A stretch of 29,220 nucleotides of DNA from an uncultured Verrucomicrobiota bacterium (GTDB lineage: Bacteria; Verrucomicrobiota; Kiritimatiellia; RFP12; UBA1067), in the NCBI GenBank assembly GCA_945947925.1, contig CAMEZU010000001.1:1-29220 (forward strand), read 5' to 3'. The position numbers were made by a program, and so were the translations under genes. Below, in pieces: positions 1-11,945 of this stretch (its first letter is position 1; each line of letters starts with the position of its first letter). The notes under the pieces were generated by a model. It did no database searches. It was not told the origin of the DNA and saw only the letters and a program-made list of their open reading frames with translations.

Positions 1-3668
<3,668 letters not shown>

Positions 3669-3672
3669 TTAG

Positions 3673-3681
3673 ATTCTATCA
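3673..3681 (-). promoter_or_regulatory. Extended -10 element (TGA-TAGAAT) of the GH2 gene
   Basis: TGn+TAGAAT in an AT-rich intergenic patch, 10 nt upstream of ATG 3662; no SD sequence. Confidence 0.55.
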
Positions 3682-3782
3682 AAAGGAGCGCAGAAAAGAA
3701 AGTGAACGGAGTACCGATTACATCCGGTCGATTAAGACCGACCGACCCAACCTCGCCGCCATAGTCCCTGACGCGGAAATCC

Positions 3783-4064
3783 CTGCCACCGCCGGAGTTC
3801 TCCGTGGTTCACGGCGAATTCAAGGTTGTGTTCCGCAACCGCCGCCCAGAGGACGATGTCGTGTTCGACAGGCGCAAAGCCGAAGAGACGCTCCTATCGT
3901 TCTGCCGGACACCGCGCTCCCGCGAGGAACTGTCAGCATTCACGGGCCGTACACAGTCCTACACCATGCACTACCTTGTTCGCCCCCTTGTTGCCGCCGG
4001 CAAACTAGCCATGACGAACCCCGCCATGCCGAAGGATCCAACACAGCGATTCATTCGCGTATAG
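3783..4064 (+). pseudogene. 5'-truncated remnant of an ATP-binding (RecG-like C-terminal/HATPase_c_4) regulator; only the C-terminal winged-helix part remains
   Basis: Reads LPPPEFSVVHGEFKVVFRN...LLSFCRTPRSREELSAFTG...LVRPLVAAGKLAMTNPAMPKDPTQRF, the typical tail of these proteins. An in-frame TAG lies about 7 codons upstream of LPPPEF, and there is no room for the N-terminal domains. Confidence 0.6.
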
Positions 4065-4121
4065 TACCCCCTTCGCCCCCCGCCAATCTCAAAACACAGG
4101 GGTGAAAATCAGAGATGCGCC

Positions 4122-5780
4122 TCAAAGAGGACTCCTGACCCAGATAAAGTCGAGCTTGTCGGGGATGCTAACCAGCAGGCTTCCGGCGCGCCTTTCGGCG
4201 GACCCTCGCGGCGAAAGGACTTCCACGGGGACGGAATCTGACTTGCAGGCCCCGTCGCACGAAACGCCGTACGGTGTCAGGTCGAGAAGGTACTTGTCGG
4301 AGGCGTTGAGCTCGCGGAAGAGGAGGACGTCCAGACTCTCTTCGCCCTGCACGACGAAGCCCGTCCAGGAGACGCCGTCGGGCTTCGCGCCGACCGGATG
4401 GACGACGCCCGCGTGCAGACGGTCGCGATGCCTCTTCCAGGTCGCGACGAACGGCGCAAGCTTCGCCTTCGTCTCGGGGGCGAGGCCGCTCGCCTCGAAC
4501 CAGCCGAGGGGACTGCCGAGCATCACGGACGCGAACACGCTCTCGACCGGCCAGTTCGACGGCGCGAGCGGATCGTTCGCGTAGAGATCGGCGTGGCGAA
4601 GCGGATTCAGGATCTCCATCCGAAGCCGCACGGGATCGACCACGTCGCAGAGCGCCCAGAACTGGCGGAGCGTCTGGTGCGGCCAGTACTTGTGCCAGTC
4701 GGTGTAACGGTTCTCGACGAAGACGGGACCGATCTCGGGAAGGCCGAAATACCCCGGACGCCGCTCGGCCGTCACGTCCAGGTCGAAGACGACGCGGTTC
4801 GAGGAACCCTTCAGCACCTTGTCAAAGAGCGCCGCCTGGTTCTGCAGCGACTGGGGACTCCGTGTCTTGAGCGAATCGATCTTGAAATAGTTGATGCCGA
4901 GCGTGCGGTGATAGTCAAGGAGGAGGTCCGCGTCGCGCTCCCAGTTCGCCGCGTCGTGCGAGGAGTCGGGACCGAACCAGAGGCCGAGTCCCATCCCCTT
5001 CGCCGCGGCCGCCGCGACGAGGGGCTTGAGTCCGTTCGGGAAGCGGACGGGATCGGGCTTCCAGAAGTCGGGATCGCTCGCCCAGTAGCCGTCCCACACG
5101 CCCTTGCCCTTCGCTGCGGACGAGTTGGCCGTGCGGCCCTTCTGCCACCCGTCGTCAATCTGCACGACGTCAACGCCGAGTTCCGCAGCGGCGGCGATTT
5201 CCTTCAGCATGAACGGTTCGCACAGCCGCGCGTCGCGGTTGCGGTCCCCCCAGGTGTTGGACAGGAAAAGCCCGTCGCGTCCCGGGACAAACGGACGCAG
5301 CTCGCGCTGCGCCTTCATCAGCGCCGCCCGGCGTCCGGTCTCGCCGCCGGCGTACGCAATCGTCAGCGTGCGGCAGTCGCGCGCGATGACCTCGACGCCT
5401 TCGACTGAACCGGGCTTCACCTTGAAGTCGGGTCCGTCCCAGTTCCGCGAACCGGGGAGCGGCGCGAGGCGCAGGTAGACCGTGCCCGCGCCCGTCACGA
5501 CATCCTGCACGTCAACGACATTGCCCGTCAGGTCAAAACCGCCCGTTCCCGGCAGAAGCAGCCACGCACGCTTCTGCACGAGCTCCCCGACCCCGTCGGT
5601 CTGATCGCGCAACTCCCAGGCCGTCACCTTGAGATGCTGTTGAGAAGTGGCGCGAGGTGTCGGACACGCCGCGCCAGTATCTGACGGAGGATCGACCTCA
5701 AGGCCCGTCGAAGCGCCAAAGGCGACCGGGGCCAGCAACAGGCCGAGAAGGCCCAGTGAACAGGCGCAGGACGTCTTCAT
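4122..5780 (-). CDS. Secreted clan GH-D (GH36/GH27-like) alpha-galactosidase
   Basis: Signal peptide MKTSCACSLGLLGLLLAPVAFG. Motifs SNTWGD, VQIDDGWQ, PVRFPNGL, GLWFGP, YFKID (nucleophile), VFDLD. ATG 5780 overlaps the upstream TGA (TGATG); an in-frame GTG lies at 5783. Confidence 0.8.
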   Translation of the reverse strand: MKTSCACSLGLLGLLLAPVAFGASTGLEVDPPSDTGAACPTPRATSQQHLKVTAWELRDQTDGVGELVQKRAWLLLPGTGGFDLTGNVVDVQDVVTGAGTVYLRLAPLPGSRNWDGPDFKVKPGSVEGVEVIARDCRTLTIAYAGGETGRRAALMKAQRELRPFVPGRDGLFLSNTWGDRNRDARLCEPFMLKEIAAAAELGVDVVQIDDGWQKGRTANSSAAKGKGVWDGYWASDPDFWKPDPVRFPNGLKPLVAAAAAKGMGLGLWFGPDSSHDAANWERDADLLLDYHRTLGINYFKIDSLKTRSPQSLQNQAALFDKVLKGSSNRVVFDLDVTAERRPGYFGLPEIGPVFVENRYTDWHKYWPHQTLRQFWALCDVVDPVRLRMEILNPLRHADLYANDPLAPSNWPVESVFASVMLGSPLGWFEASGLAPETKAKLAPFVATWKRHRDRLHAGVVHPVGAKPDGVSWTGFVVQGEESLDVLLFRELNASDKYLLDLTPYGVSCDGACKSDSVPVEVLSPRGSAERRAGSLLVSIPDKLDFIWVRSPL

Positions 5781-7972
5781 CACAGGCGGAATTCGAGGGT
5801 CTTGCCCGAGGCGGAGTCGCGGGTGATCCAGGCGCGCATCGGGCCGGCCGCCGGCACGAGCCTGTCCTTCGACCAGTAGCCGAGCTGCGCGACCGGGACC
5901 TCGATCGTCACGTGCTTCGTCTCGCCCGGCGCGAGGGCGACCTTCTGCCAGCCGCGGAGCTCGCGGATCGGACGCGACTCGACGCCGACCATCTGGCGCG
6001 TGTAGGCCTGCACGGTCTCGACGCCCGCGACCTTGCCCGTGTTCGTCACGTCGCAGGAAAGGACGACCTTCCTCTGATTACCTTCACCTTCTACCTTGAC
6101 CAGCTCGTTCGCATAGGCGAACGTCGCATAGCCGAGGCCGTAGCCGAACGGATAGAGCGCCTGGTGGGGACCGTCGCGATAGCACGAGCAGTACGGCGCG
6201 CTCACGTCCGAGGGACGCCCCGTCCGCAGGCGGTTGTAGTACAGCGGCAGCTGGCCGACCGACACCGGGAACTCGGTCGTGAGTCGGCCCTCGGGATTGA
6301 CCTTACCCGTGAGGACGTCGGCAATCGCGCCGCCGCCGCTCGTGCCTGGACACCACGCCTCGAGAATCGCGTCCGCCTTCTCCGCCAGTTCGGGAATCGC
6401 GAGGGGGCGTCCGTTGATCAGCACCGCAACGAGCGGCTTCTTCGTCCGCTTGAGGACGTTAAGCGCCTCGAGCTGCACCTTCGGCAGCGTGATGTCGAGG
6501 ACGCTCCAGCCTTCGCCGGAATCGGTGCCCTTCTGTCCGAAGAGCGCCACGACGACATCGGCCTCTTTCGCGGCCGCCTTGAGCGCCTTCGCATCGGCGC
6601 GCCCCTTCTGCCAGTCGTAGCCCGGCGTGTAGGTGAACGTGACGCCGGCGCCGCGCAGGCCCTCGGGCAGCGTCATCTCGAACTTGTTCTCAATGTAGGC
6701 GGACCACGTGCCGGAAATGCTGACGCAGTCCTCGGCACCCGGACCGACCAGCGCGACCTTCACGCCTGGCTTGAGCGGCAGCGCATCCTTCTCGTTTTTC
6801 AGGAGGACGCAACACTTCGCCGCGATCGCGCGCGCCTGGCGGGCATGCGCCGCGAGGTCGATCTGCGCCTTCAGCTTCGCCTCGTCGATGTAGGGGTTCT
6901 CCCAGAGGCCGAGCGCGTTCTTCACCTGAAGGATGTTGCGGACGCTCCGGTCGACCTGCGCCATCGGCACCTTGCCGTCCTTGACGAGCTGCACGAGCTC
7001 CTTGCGGTAGAGGCCCGCCATCATGTCCTGGTCCATACCGGCGTCCATCGCCAGTTCGACGAGGCCCGCATGCGTCTCGGCCATGCCGTGATGGTCAAGC
7101 TCGCATTCCGAGACGCCGCACCAGTCGGAGATCGTGAAGCCCTTGAACGCGAGGTGATCGCGGAGGATGTCGGTGAGGAGCCACTTGTTGACGCTGCAGG
7201 GAACGCCGTTCAGGGTGTTGAACGCCGGCATCACCGTGAGCGCGCCCGCCTCGACGCCGGCCTTGAACGGCGGCAGGTAGACGTTGCGGAAGGTCGACTC
7301 GCTCATCTCGACCGTGTTGTAGTCGCGTCCCGCCTCCGCGCCGCCGTAGGCCGCGAAGTGCTTGAGGCACGAGGCGACGGGCAGCGCGCCCGCCTTGGAC
7401 TGAATGCCCTTCACCATCGCCGCGCCCATCCGGCCGCCGAGGTACGGATCCTGTCCCGGGCCCTCGGCGATGCGTCCCCAACGCGGATCGCGGCACATGT
7501 CCACCATCGGCGTGAACGTCCAGTTGCAGCCCTTCGCCGGCGACTCGACCGCGATAAGGCGTCCGCAGTCCTGCCACGTCTTCTCGTCCCACGCGCACGA
7601 AAGCGCCAGCGGAATCGGCGCCTGGGTCATCACGCCGTGGATCATGTCATGCCCGACCATGAGCGGGATCTTGACCCGCGCCTCGTTCATCGCGATGCGC
7701 TGGAAGGCGTTGAAGTTGGTGACGCCGCACGCGCCGATGAGCGAGCCGACCTCGCCCTTGCGCACCATCTCGGCGACGTCCGCCGGCAGCGCGACGCCCG
7801 TTGCGTCCTGACTGAGCGGACCACCCTCCTTGCCGGCCGAGCCGAGCTGCACGAGCTGACCGACCTTCTCCTCAAGCGTCATCTCGCCGATGAGCTTCTC
7901 GATCTCCGCATCCGTAATCGCCATCGCCGCCCCGCACGTCGCGAGCGCAGCCGCACAAACCATCTTCTTCAT
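5780..7972 (-). CDS. bglX: Periplasmic GH3 beta-glucosidase/beta-glycosidase (BglX-like, Fn3-like C-terminus)
   Basis: MTLEEKVGQL, DMCRDPRWGR, LKHFAAYG, FTISDW (nucleophile), LLKNE, GRPLAI, LYPFGYGL, RELRGWQKVAL. Start MKKMVC follows GGGAG; signal peptide present. Confidence 0.92.
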   Translation of the reverse strand: MKKMVCAAALATCGAAMAITDAEIEKLIGEMTLEEKVGQLVQLGSAGKEGGPLSQDATGVALPADVAEMVRKGEVGSLIGACGVTNFNAFQRIAMNEARVKIPLMVGHDMIHGVMTQAPIPLALSCAWDEKTWQDCGRLIAVESPAKGCNWTFTPMVDMCRDPRWGRIAEGPGQDPYLGGRMGAAMVKGIQSKAGALPVASCLKHFAAYGGAEAGRDYNTVEMSESTFRNVYLPPFKAGVEAGALTVMPAFNTLNGVPCSVNKWLLTDILRDHLAFKGFTISDWCGVSECELDHHGMAETHAGLVELAMDAGMDQDMMAGLYRKELVQLVKDGKVPMAQVDRSVRNILQVKNALGLWENPYIDEAKLKAQIDLAAHARQARAIAAKCCVLLKNEKDALPLKPGVKVALVGPGAEDCVSISGTWSAYIENKFEMTLPEGLRGAGVTFTYTPGYDWQKGRADAKALKAAAKEADVVVALFGQKGTDSGEGWSVLDITLPKVQLEALNVLKRTKKPLVAVLINGRPLAIPELAEKADAILEAWCPGTSGGGAIADVLTGKVNPEGRLTTEFPVSVGQLPLYYNRLRTGRPSDVSAPYCSCYRDGPHQALYPFGYGLGYATFAYANELVKVEGEGNQRKVVLSCDVTNTGKVAGVETVQAYTRQMVGVESRPIRELRGWQKVALAPGETKHVTIEVPVAQLGYWSKDRLVPAAGPMRAWITRDSASGKTLEFRL

Positions 7973-8067
7973 GTACACTTCTCCCATCCAACTGGTGATG
8001 CTAGTTTACAACCTTACAAGTCTATCATGACAAGGACCCGAGGGCAATACAGAAATGCATGTCGCAA

Positions 8068-10008
8068 TCAGCGCACGAGCCGACGCGTCGAGATGCGGCC
8101 GTCGTCGGTCCGCAGCTCCAGGACGTTCTCGCCCTTGCGAAGCGGCACATCCGTCCATCGGACGACCTTGACGACGTCCGGCACCTGCGTGCCGACCGGT
8201 CTGCCGTTCGCGACCAGCGTCACGGGGCCGCGGTTGCAGAAGCCGACCACCGTGCAGGCGGCGTTCGCGGTCTCCGTCGCGCGCTGCGAGCAGATGTGAA
8301 GGACGGGCTCTGCGGACCAGTTCGCCTTGTAGAAATAGAAGGCGTCCTTCTTCACCGCGCGGTCGCGCGTGACGAGTCCCTTGTCGTTGATGCCGTTCTT
8401 CCCGCCCTCGCGCCGCGCATCCGCCGCAAAGTCGAACATCGCCCAGATGAAAGTTCCCCAGAGCTGCGGCTCGGCGACGATCTCACGGTAGTCCGCCGCA
8501 TGGAGCTTCACCTGCGTCTCCTCGGGATGCAGGGGACCGCCCGGATCGAGCCGTCCCGGCGGCAGCGGATCGAGATGCTCGAACGGATTGCCGCCCGCCC
8601 CGTATTCGGCGATGCCCATCATCTGCCGCCCCGAGGCGGCGAACCACTGCTCGATGTCCTGACGCATCGTCGTATCACCGTACCAGCCCGGATAGGCGTT
8701 GAAAGCGAGCTGGTCGGGCAGGTCGTTCAGCAGACGGCGCGGCTGACGGTCGGAAGCCGCCACGATCGGACGCGACGGATCCAGCGCGCGAATCTGGTCG
8801 CGGCAGTCGGCGAGAATCGCCTCCATCCACCCTTCCTCGTCGCGGTCCGGCGGAACGCTGTTGTAGATTTCGTTGAAGAGGGACCACGCGAAGACGCACG
8901 GATGGTTCCGGTTCTGCGCGACCATCTCGCGCGCCTGCTGAAGGAGATTCGCCTTGAACGCCGGCGACTTCGCCAGCCAGTTGATCGCGGGCTCCTCGCA
9001 CCAGACGAGAAGCCCGAGCCGATCGCAGAGATCCATCACGCGCCGGCTCTGCGGATAGTGCGCGAGCCGCACCGCATCCGCGCCCGTCTCCTTGATGAGC
9101 CTGAAGTCGCGTTCGTCTTCCTCTGCCGTCGCCGCCCAGCCGTGCGCGCCGACATCCTGATGACGGTTGACGCCGCGCAGCTTGCGCTTCTGTCCGTTCA
9201 GGTAGAAGCCGTCCGCCCGGAACTCGACCGTGCGAAACCCAAACGGCACGTCGATTGCATCGCCGCTCTCGATCTCGATGTGCACGGAATAGAGCTTCGG
9301 ATGCTCCGGACTCCAGAGCTCGGGCGAAGGAAATCGGAAGGTCTGCTTCACCGTCGACGCGATGGCCCCCATCGCGTGTTCAGGGCGCAGCACCCGCACG
9401 GTCGCCACCACCGTGCCGTTGGTGTTGACGTCGAGCGTCACGCCGTCCGCACCGTCCGTGACGGGATCGATGCAGACCGGCGGCGTTTCGAGCCATTCGA
9501 CCTCGCGATAGATGCCGCCCATCAGCGTGTAGTCCGCACTCAGCGGCGCCAGGTCGGGATTGTAGCGGTTGTCGGCGACGACCTCGAGCACGTTGCCGGT
9601 TGGCTTCATGAACGGCGTCGCCTCCACCGTGAAGGCCGTAAACGCGCCCGCATGCGTACCGGCGAGGCGTCCGTTGATCTTCACCGTCGCCTCGCGCGAG
9701 ACGGCCCCGAAGCGGACGAACTGGCGGCGCCCCGGCGTCGGATCGGGCAGTGCCCGTGTGTACACGGCCGCCTTGCGCACGTAGGTGTCAGGCGAGACGG
9801 ACATCCCGTAGCGGTCATACGCGTTCGTGCCGACAGGCTTCGCCGGCTCGCCATCCGCACCGTCAATGCCGTTCCAGCAATGCGGCACGGTGACCGCCTC
9901 GCCGTCGCACGTCCACCCAGGACCGGAGAGCGACGTCACCCTCCGTCCGGCGAAGGCCGAGGACACCCAGACCGCGCACACGCCGACAATCAAGAACCGA
10001 AGCTTCAC
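8068..10008 (-). CDS. Secreted GH2 glycosidase (beta-galactosidase/glucuronidase type, DUF4982-like C-terminus)
   Basis: PELWSPEHPKLY, FYLNGQKRKLRGVNRHQD, VRLAHYPQ, RNHPCVFAWSLFNE, IAEYGAG, WAMFDF, GINDKGLVT. Probable start is GTG 10008 (then KLRFLIVGVCAVWVSSAFA), 1 nt past the upstream TAA. Confidence 0.88.
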   Translation of the reverse strand: MKLRFLIVGVCAVWVSSAFAGRRVTSLSGPGWTCDGEAVTVPHCWNGIDGADGEPAKPVGTNAYDRYGMSVSPDTYVRKAAVYTRALPDPTPGRRQFVRFGAVSREATVKINGRLAGTHAGAFTAFTVEATPFMKPTGNVLEVVADNRYNPDLAPLSADYTLMGGIYREVEWLETPPVCIDPVTDGADGVTLDVNTNGTVVATVRVLRPEHAMGAIASTVKQTFRFPSPELWSPEHPKLYSVHIEIESGDAIDVPFGFRTVEFRADGFYLNGQKRKLRGVNRHQDVGAHGWAATAEEDERDFRLIKETGADAVRLAHYPQSRRVMDLCDRLGLLVWCEEPAINWLAKSPAFKANLLQQAREMVAQNRNHPCVFAWSLFNEIYNSVPPDRDEEGWMEAILADCRDQIRALDPSRPIVAASDRQPRRLLNDLPDQLAFNAYPGWYGDTTMRQDIEQWFAASGRQMMGIAEYGAGGNPFEHLDPLPPGRLDPGGPLHPEETQVKLHAADYREIVAEPQLWGTFIWAMFDFAADARREGGKNGINDKGLVTRDRAVKKDAFYFYKANWSAEPVLHICSQRATETANAACTVVGFCNRGPVTLVANGRPVGTQVPDVVKVVRWTDVPLRKGENVLELRTDDGRISTRRLVR

Positions 10009-10009
10009 C

Positions 10010-11857
10010 TTACCACACACCCTTCGACCTCTTCTCGTACAGCTCGCCGCCGATCCTGCGGGCGGCACGGGTCAGCGCGGGATACGGACGGTCGCAGACG
10101 TCCACAAAGCCGATCTGATACGCCTCGCCGTCCCCGCGTCCGAGGAGCGGCTGGTCGCGGTACTGGAACCAATGGCAGCCGACGATCCACGGATGAGCGA
10201 GGCAGCCTTCGACGAAGCGCGTGTAGCTGCGGGCGCGCTCGGTCTGATTCCAGACGGGCGCAAGACCGGGCTTGAACATGCCGCGGTCGTAGCAGCCGAA
10301 GTGGAACTCGCCGACGAGGATCGGCTTGTCCCGGCCCTTGTCAAAGATCTTCTCAGAGATGTTGTAGACCGAATTCGCGTAGGCGTTCACGGTCACGACG
10401 TCGCAATACTTCGCCGCCGTGCGCCAGAGGAGTCCGTCCTGACGGAAGCCGACGAAGCGACTGCCGAGATAGAGTTTCCCGGGCGCGGCCTTCGCGAGCT
10501 CCTCCCGGCAGAGGCGGAAGTAGAGGTCGACGTACGGCGCGGCCTTCGCAGGGCCGACGTCGGGAATCCACTTCTGGAACTGCAGCTCATTGTCGATGAA
10601 GAAGCCGATGCACATCGGATCCTTCGCCGCATGCCGAAGCGACGGGTCCGTCGCGAACTTCTCGCGGATCGCCGCACGGAACTTCGCCTCGAAATCGGGC
10701 GCGGTGAAGTCGTAGATGTGGAACTTCGGATGGCGTTTCACGCCCTTCGCGCGCTCGAGCACGCAGGAGACGTAGGGCTTTCGGGAGGCGAGCGAGAGCT
10801 CCGGCGCGCTCCAGTTGCCAATCGTGTTGAGTCCCCACGAATCGAACCGCCTGAAGACGAGGTCGTAGTAGTCGGACGCGAAGTCCTTCTTGCCGAACTT
10901 CTTCTCGAGGTTCCAGATCGTGAACGCCATCTTGCCGTCCGCGGGAATCTCCCCTTGGTACCATGTCGGATGCTTCGACGCGTCCGTGATGTCCGTCATG
11001 ATCCGCGTCACGTCGAGGCCGACGGAGAAGAAGAGGTGCCCCTCCGGCGTCACGAGCCACCATTTGCCATCGACCTTCTCGGTGCGGAAGTGCCCGGTCG
11101 CCTTCAGCTGCGGACCCGTCGCCCAGCCGCCGAAGCGGTCCCAACTCTCGGGCGCGGGCTTGAGTCTCTTCAGCTCGCGCGCGAGATCCCCCTTGAGGTC
11201 GTCGTCGGACGCGACCTTGAACTTCCAGTTCGCGTGCGCGAACTGTCCGTACCTGTCGACGAACGGCACGTACTTCTCCGCCGCGACAGCGCGAGCCGCG
11301 TACGGTTCGCCCTCAAGCCGCAGGTTGGAGAGACGGAAATCGGGAAGATCCTCCCGCTCCTCCTCGTACGGCCACTGCATCTGAAAGGAGACTTCCGTCA
11401 CATGATGCGTGTCGATCACATTCGGACCGCGTGCGTCCGCAGGCGCACCGTAGATCTCGGGATGGGTGAGCAGGAGCTTCATCGTCCCCTTCTCGCCAGG
11501 GTTGAGTCCGATGCCCGTGTTGACGGACCTGTTCTTCCTGAAGATCGCCGTCGCGTGATCCCCCGAGTCGCCGCTCGCGCTGCCTGCGGAGACGTGCATC
11601 GTGAGCCGCCCTTGCCGCGTCTGCGACAGGTTCTCGACATCGACGGCCAGATACTTCGCCCGAGAGAAGTCCTCTCCCGCCGCAGACGTCCACTTGAGTC
11701 CAGCCCCCCATTCGGCGCTGTTCAACACGAGGACGACGCAATTTGTCCCCTCGCGCTGCACCTTCGCCGTGTAGACGGGAGAAAAGTCCTCGAGGGTCAG
11801 CGCGGACGCACCCAGCGAAACAGACAGGAGACCTGCAGTCAGAAGAAGGCTTTTCAT
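10010..11857 (-). CDS. Secreted GH50 (beta-agarase family) glycoside hydrolase
   Basis: DRFGGW...ATGHFRTEKVDGKWWLVTPEGHLFFS, WGLNTIGNWS, IGFFIDNE (acid/base), LYLGSRF, VGEFHFG (nucleophile), VGCHWFQYRDQP..GR.DGE; signal peptide present. Confidence 0.85.
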   Translation of the reverse strand: MKSLLLTAGLLSVSLGASALTLEDFSPVYTAKVQREGTNCVVLVLNSAEWGAGLKWTSAAGEDFSRAKYLAVDVENLSQTRQGRLTMHVSAGSASGDSGDHATAIFRKNRSVNTGIGLNPGEKGTMKLLLTHPEIYGAPADARGPNVIDTHHVTEVSFQMQWPYEEEREDLPDFRLSNLRLEGEPYAARAVAAEKYVPFVDRYGQFAHANWKFKVASDDDLKGDLARELKRLKPAPESWDRFGGWATGPQLKATGHFRTEKVDGKWWLVTPEGHLFFSVGLDVTRIMTDITDASKHPTWYQGEIPADGKMAFTIWNLEKKFGKKDFASDYYDLVFRRFDSWGLNTIGNWSAPELSLASRKPYVSCVLERAKGVKRHPKFHIYDFTAPDFEAKFRAAIREKFATDPSLRHAAKDPMCIGFFIDNELQFQKWIPDVGPAKAAPYVDLYFRLCREELAKAAPGKLYLGSRFVGFRQDGLLWRTAAKYCDVVTVNAYANSVYNISEKIFDKGRDKPILVGEFHFGCYDRGMFKPGLAPVWNQTERARSYTRFVEGCLAHPWIVGCHWFQYRDQPLLGRGDGEAYQIGFVDVCDRPYPALTRAARRIGGELYEKRSKGVW

Positions 11858-11884
11858 AGGGATATTTTACCGAAATTTCGCGTT

Positions 11885-11924
11885 GGCAGGGTGGGCGCTC
11901 CGCGCCCGCCGGGAGAGTCCCGGC
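11885..11924. repeat. REP-like pair of overlapping hairpins
   Basis: GGTGGGCG-CTCCG-CGCCCGCC (11890-11910), preceded by GGCAG, resembles GTAG-type REPs. It overlaps the perfect hairpin GCCGGGA-GAG-TCCCGGC (11908-11924). Confidence 0.5.
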
Positions 11925-11945
11925 AAGCGACGGAGCCGGAATCCA

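Noticed and set aside
8026-8071. Weak operator-like matches upstream of the GH3 gene
   Set aside because: Several mismatches, and neither the 23-bp period nor the 19-nt spacing is reproduced.
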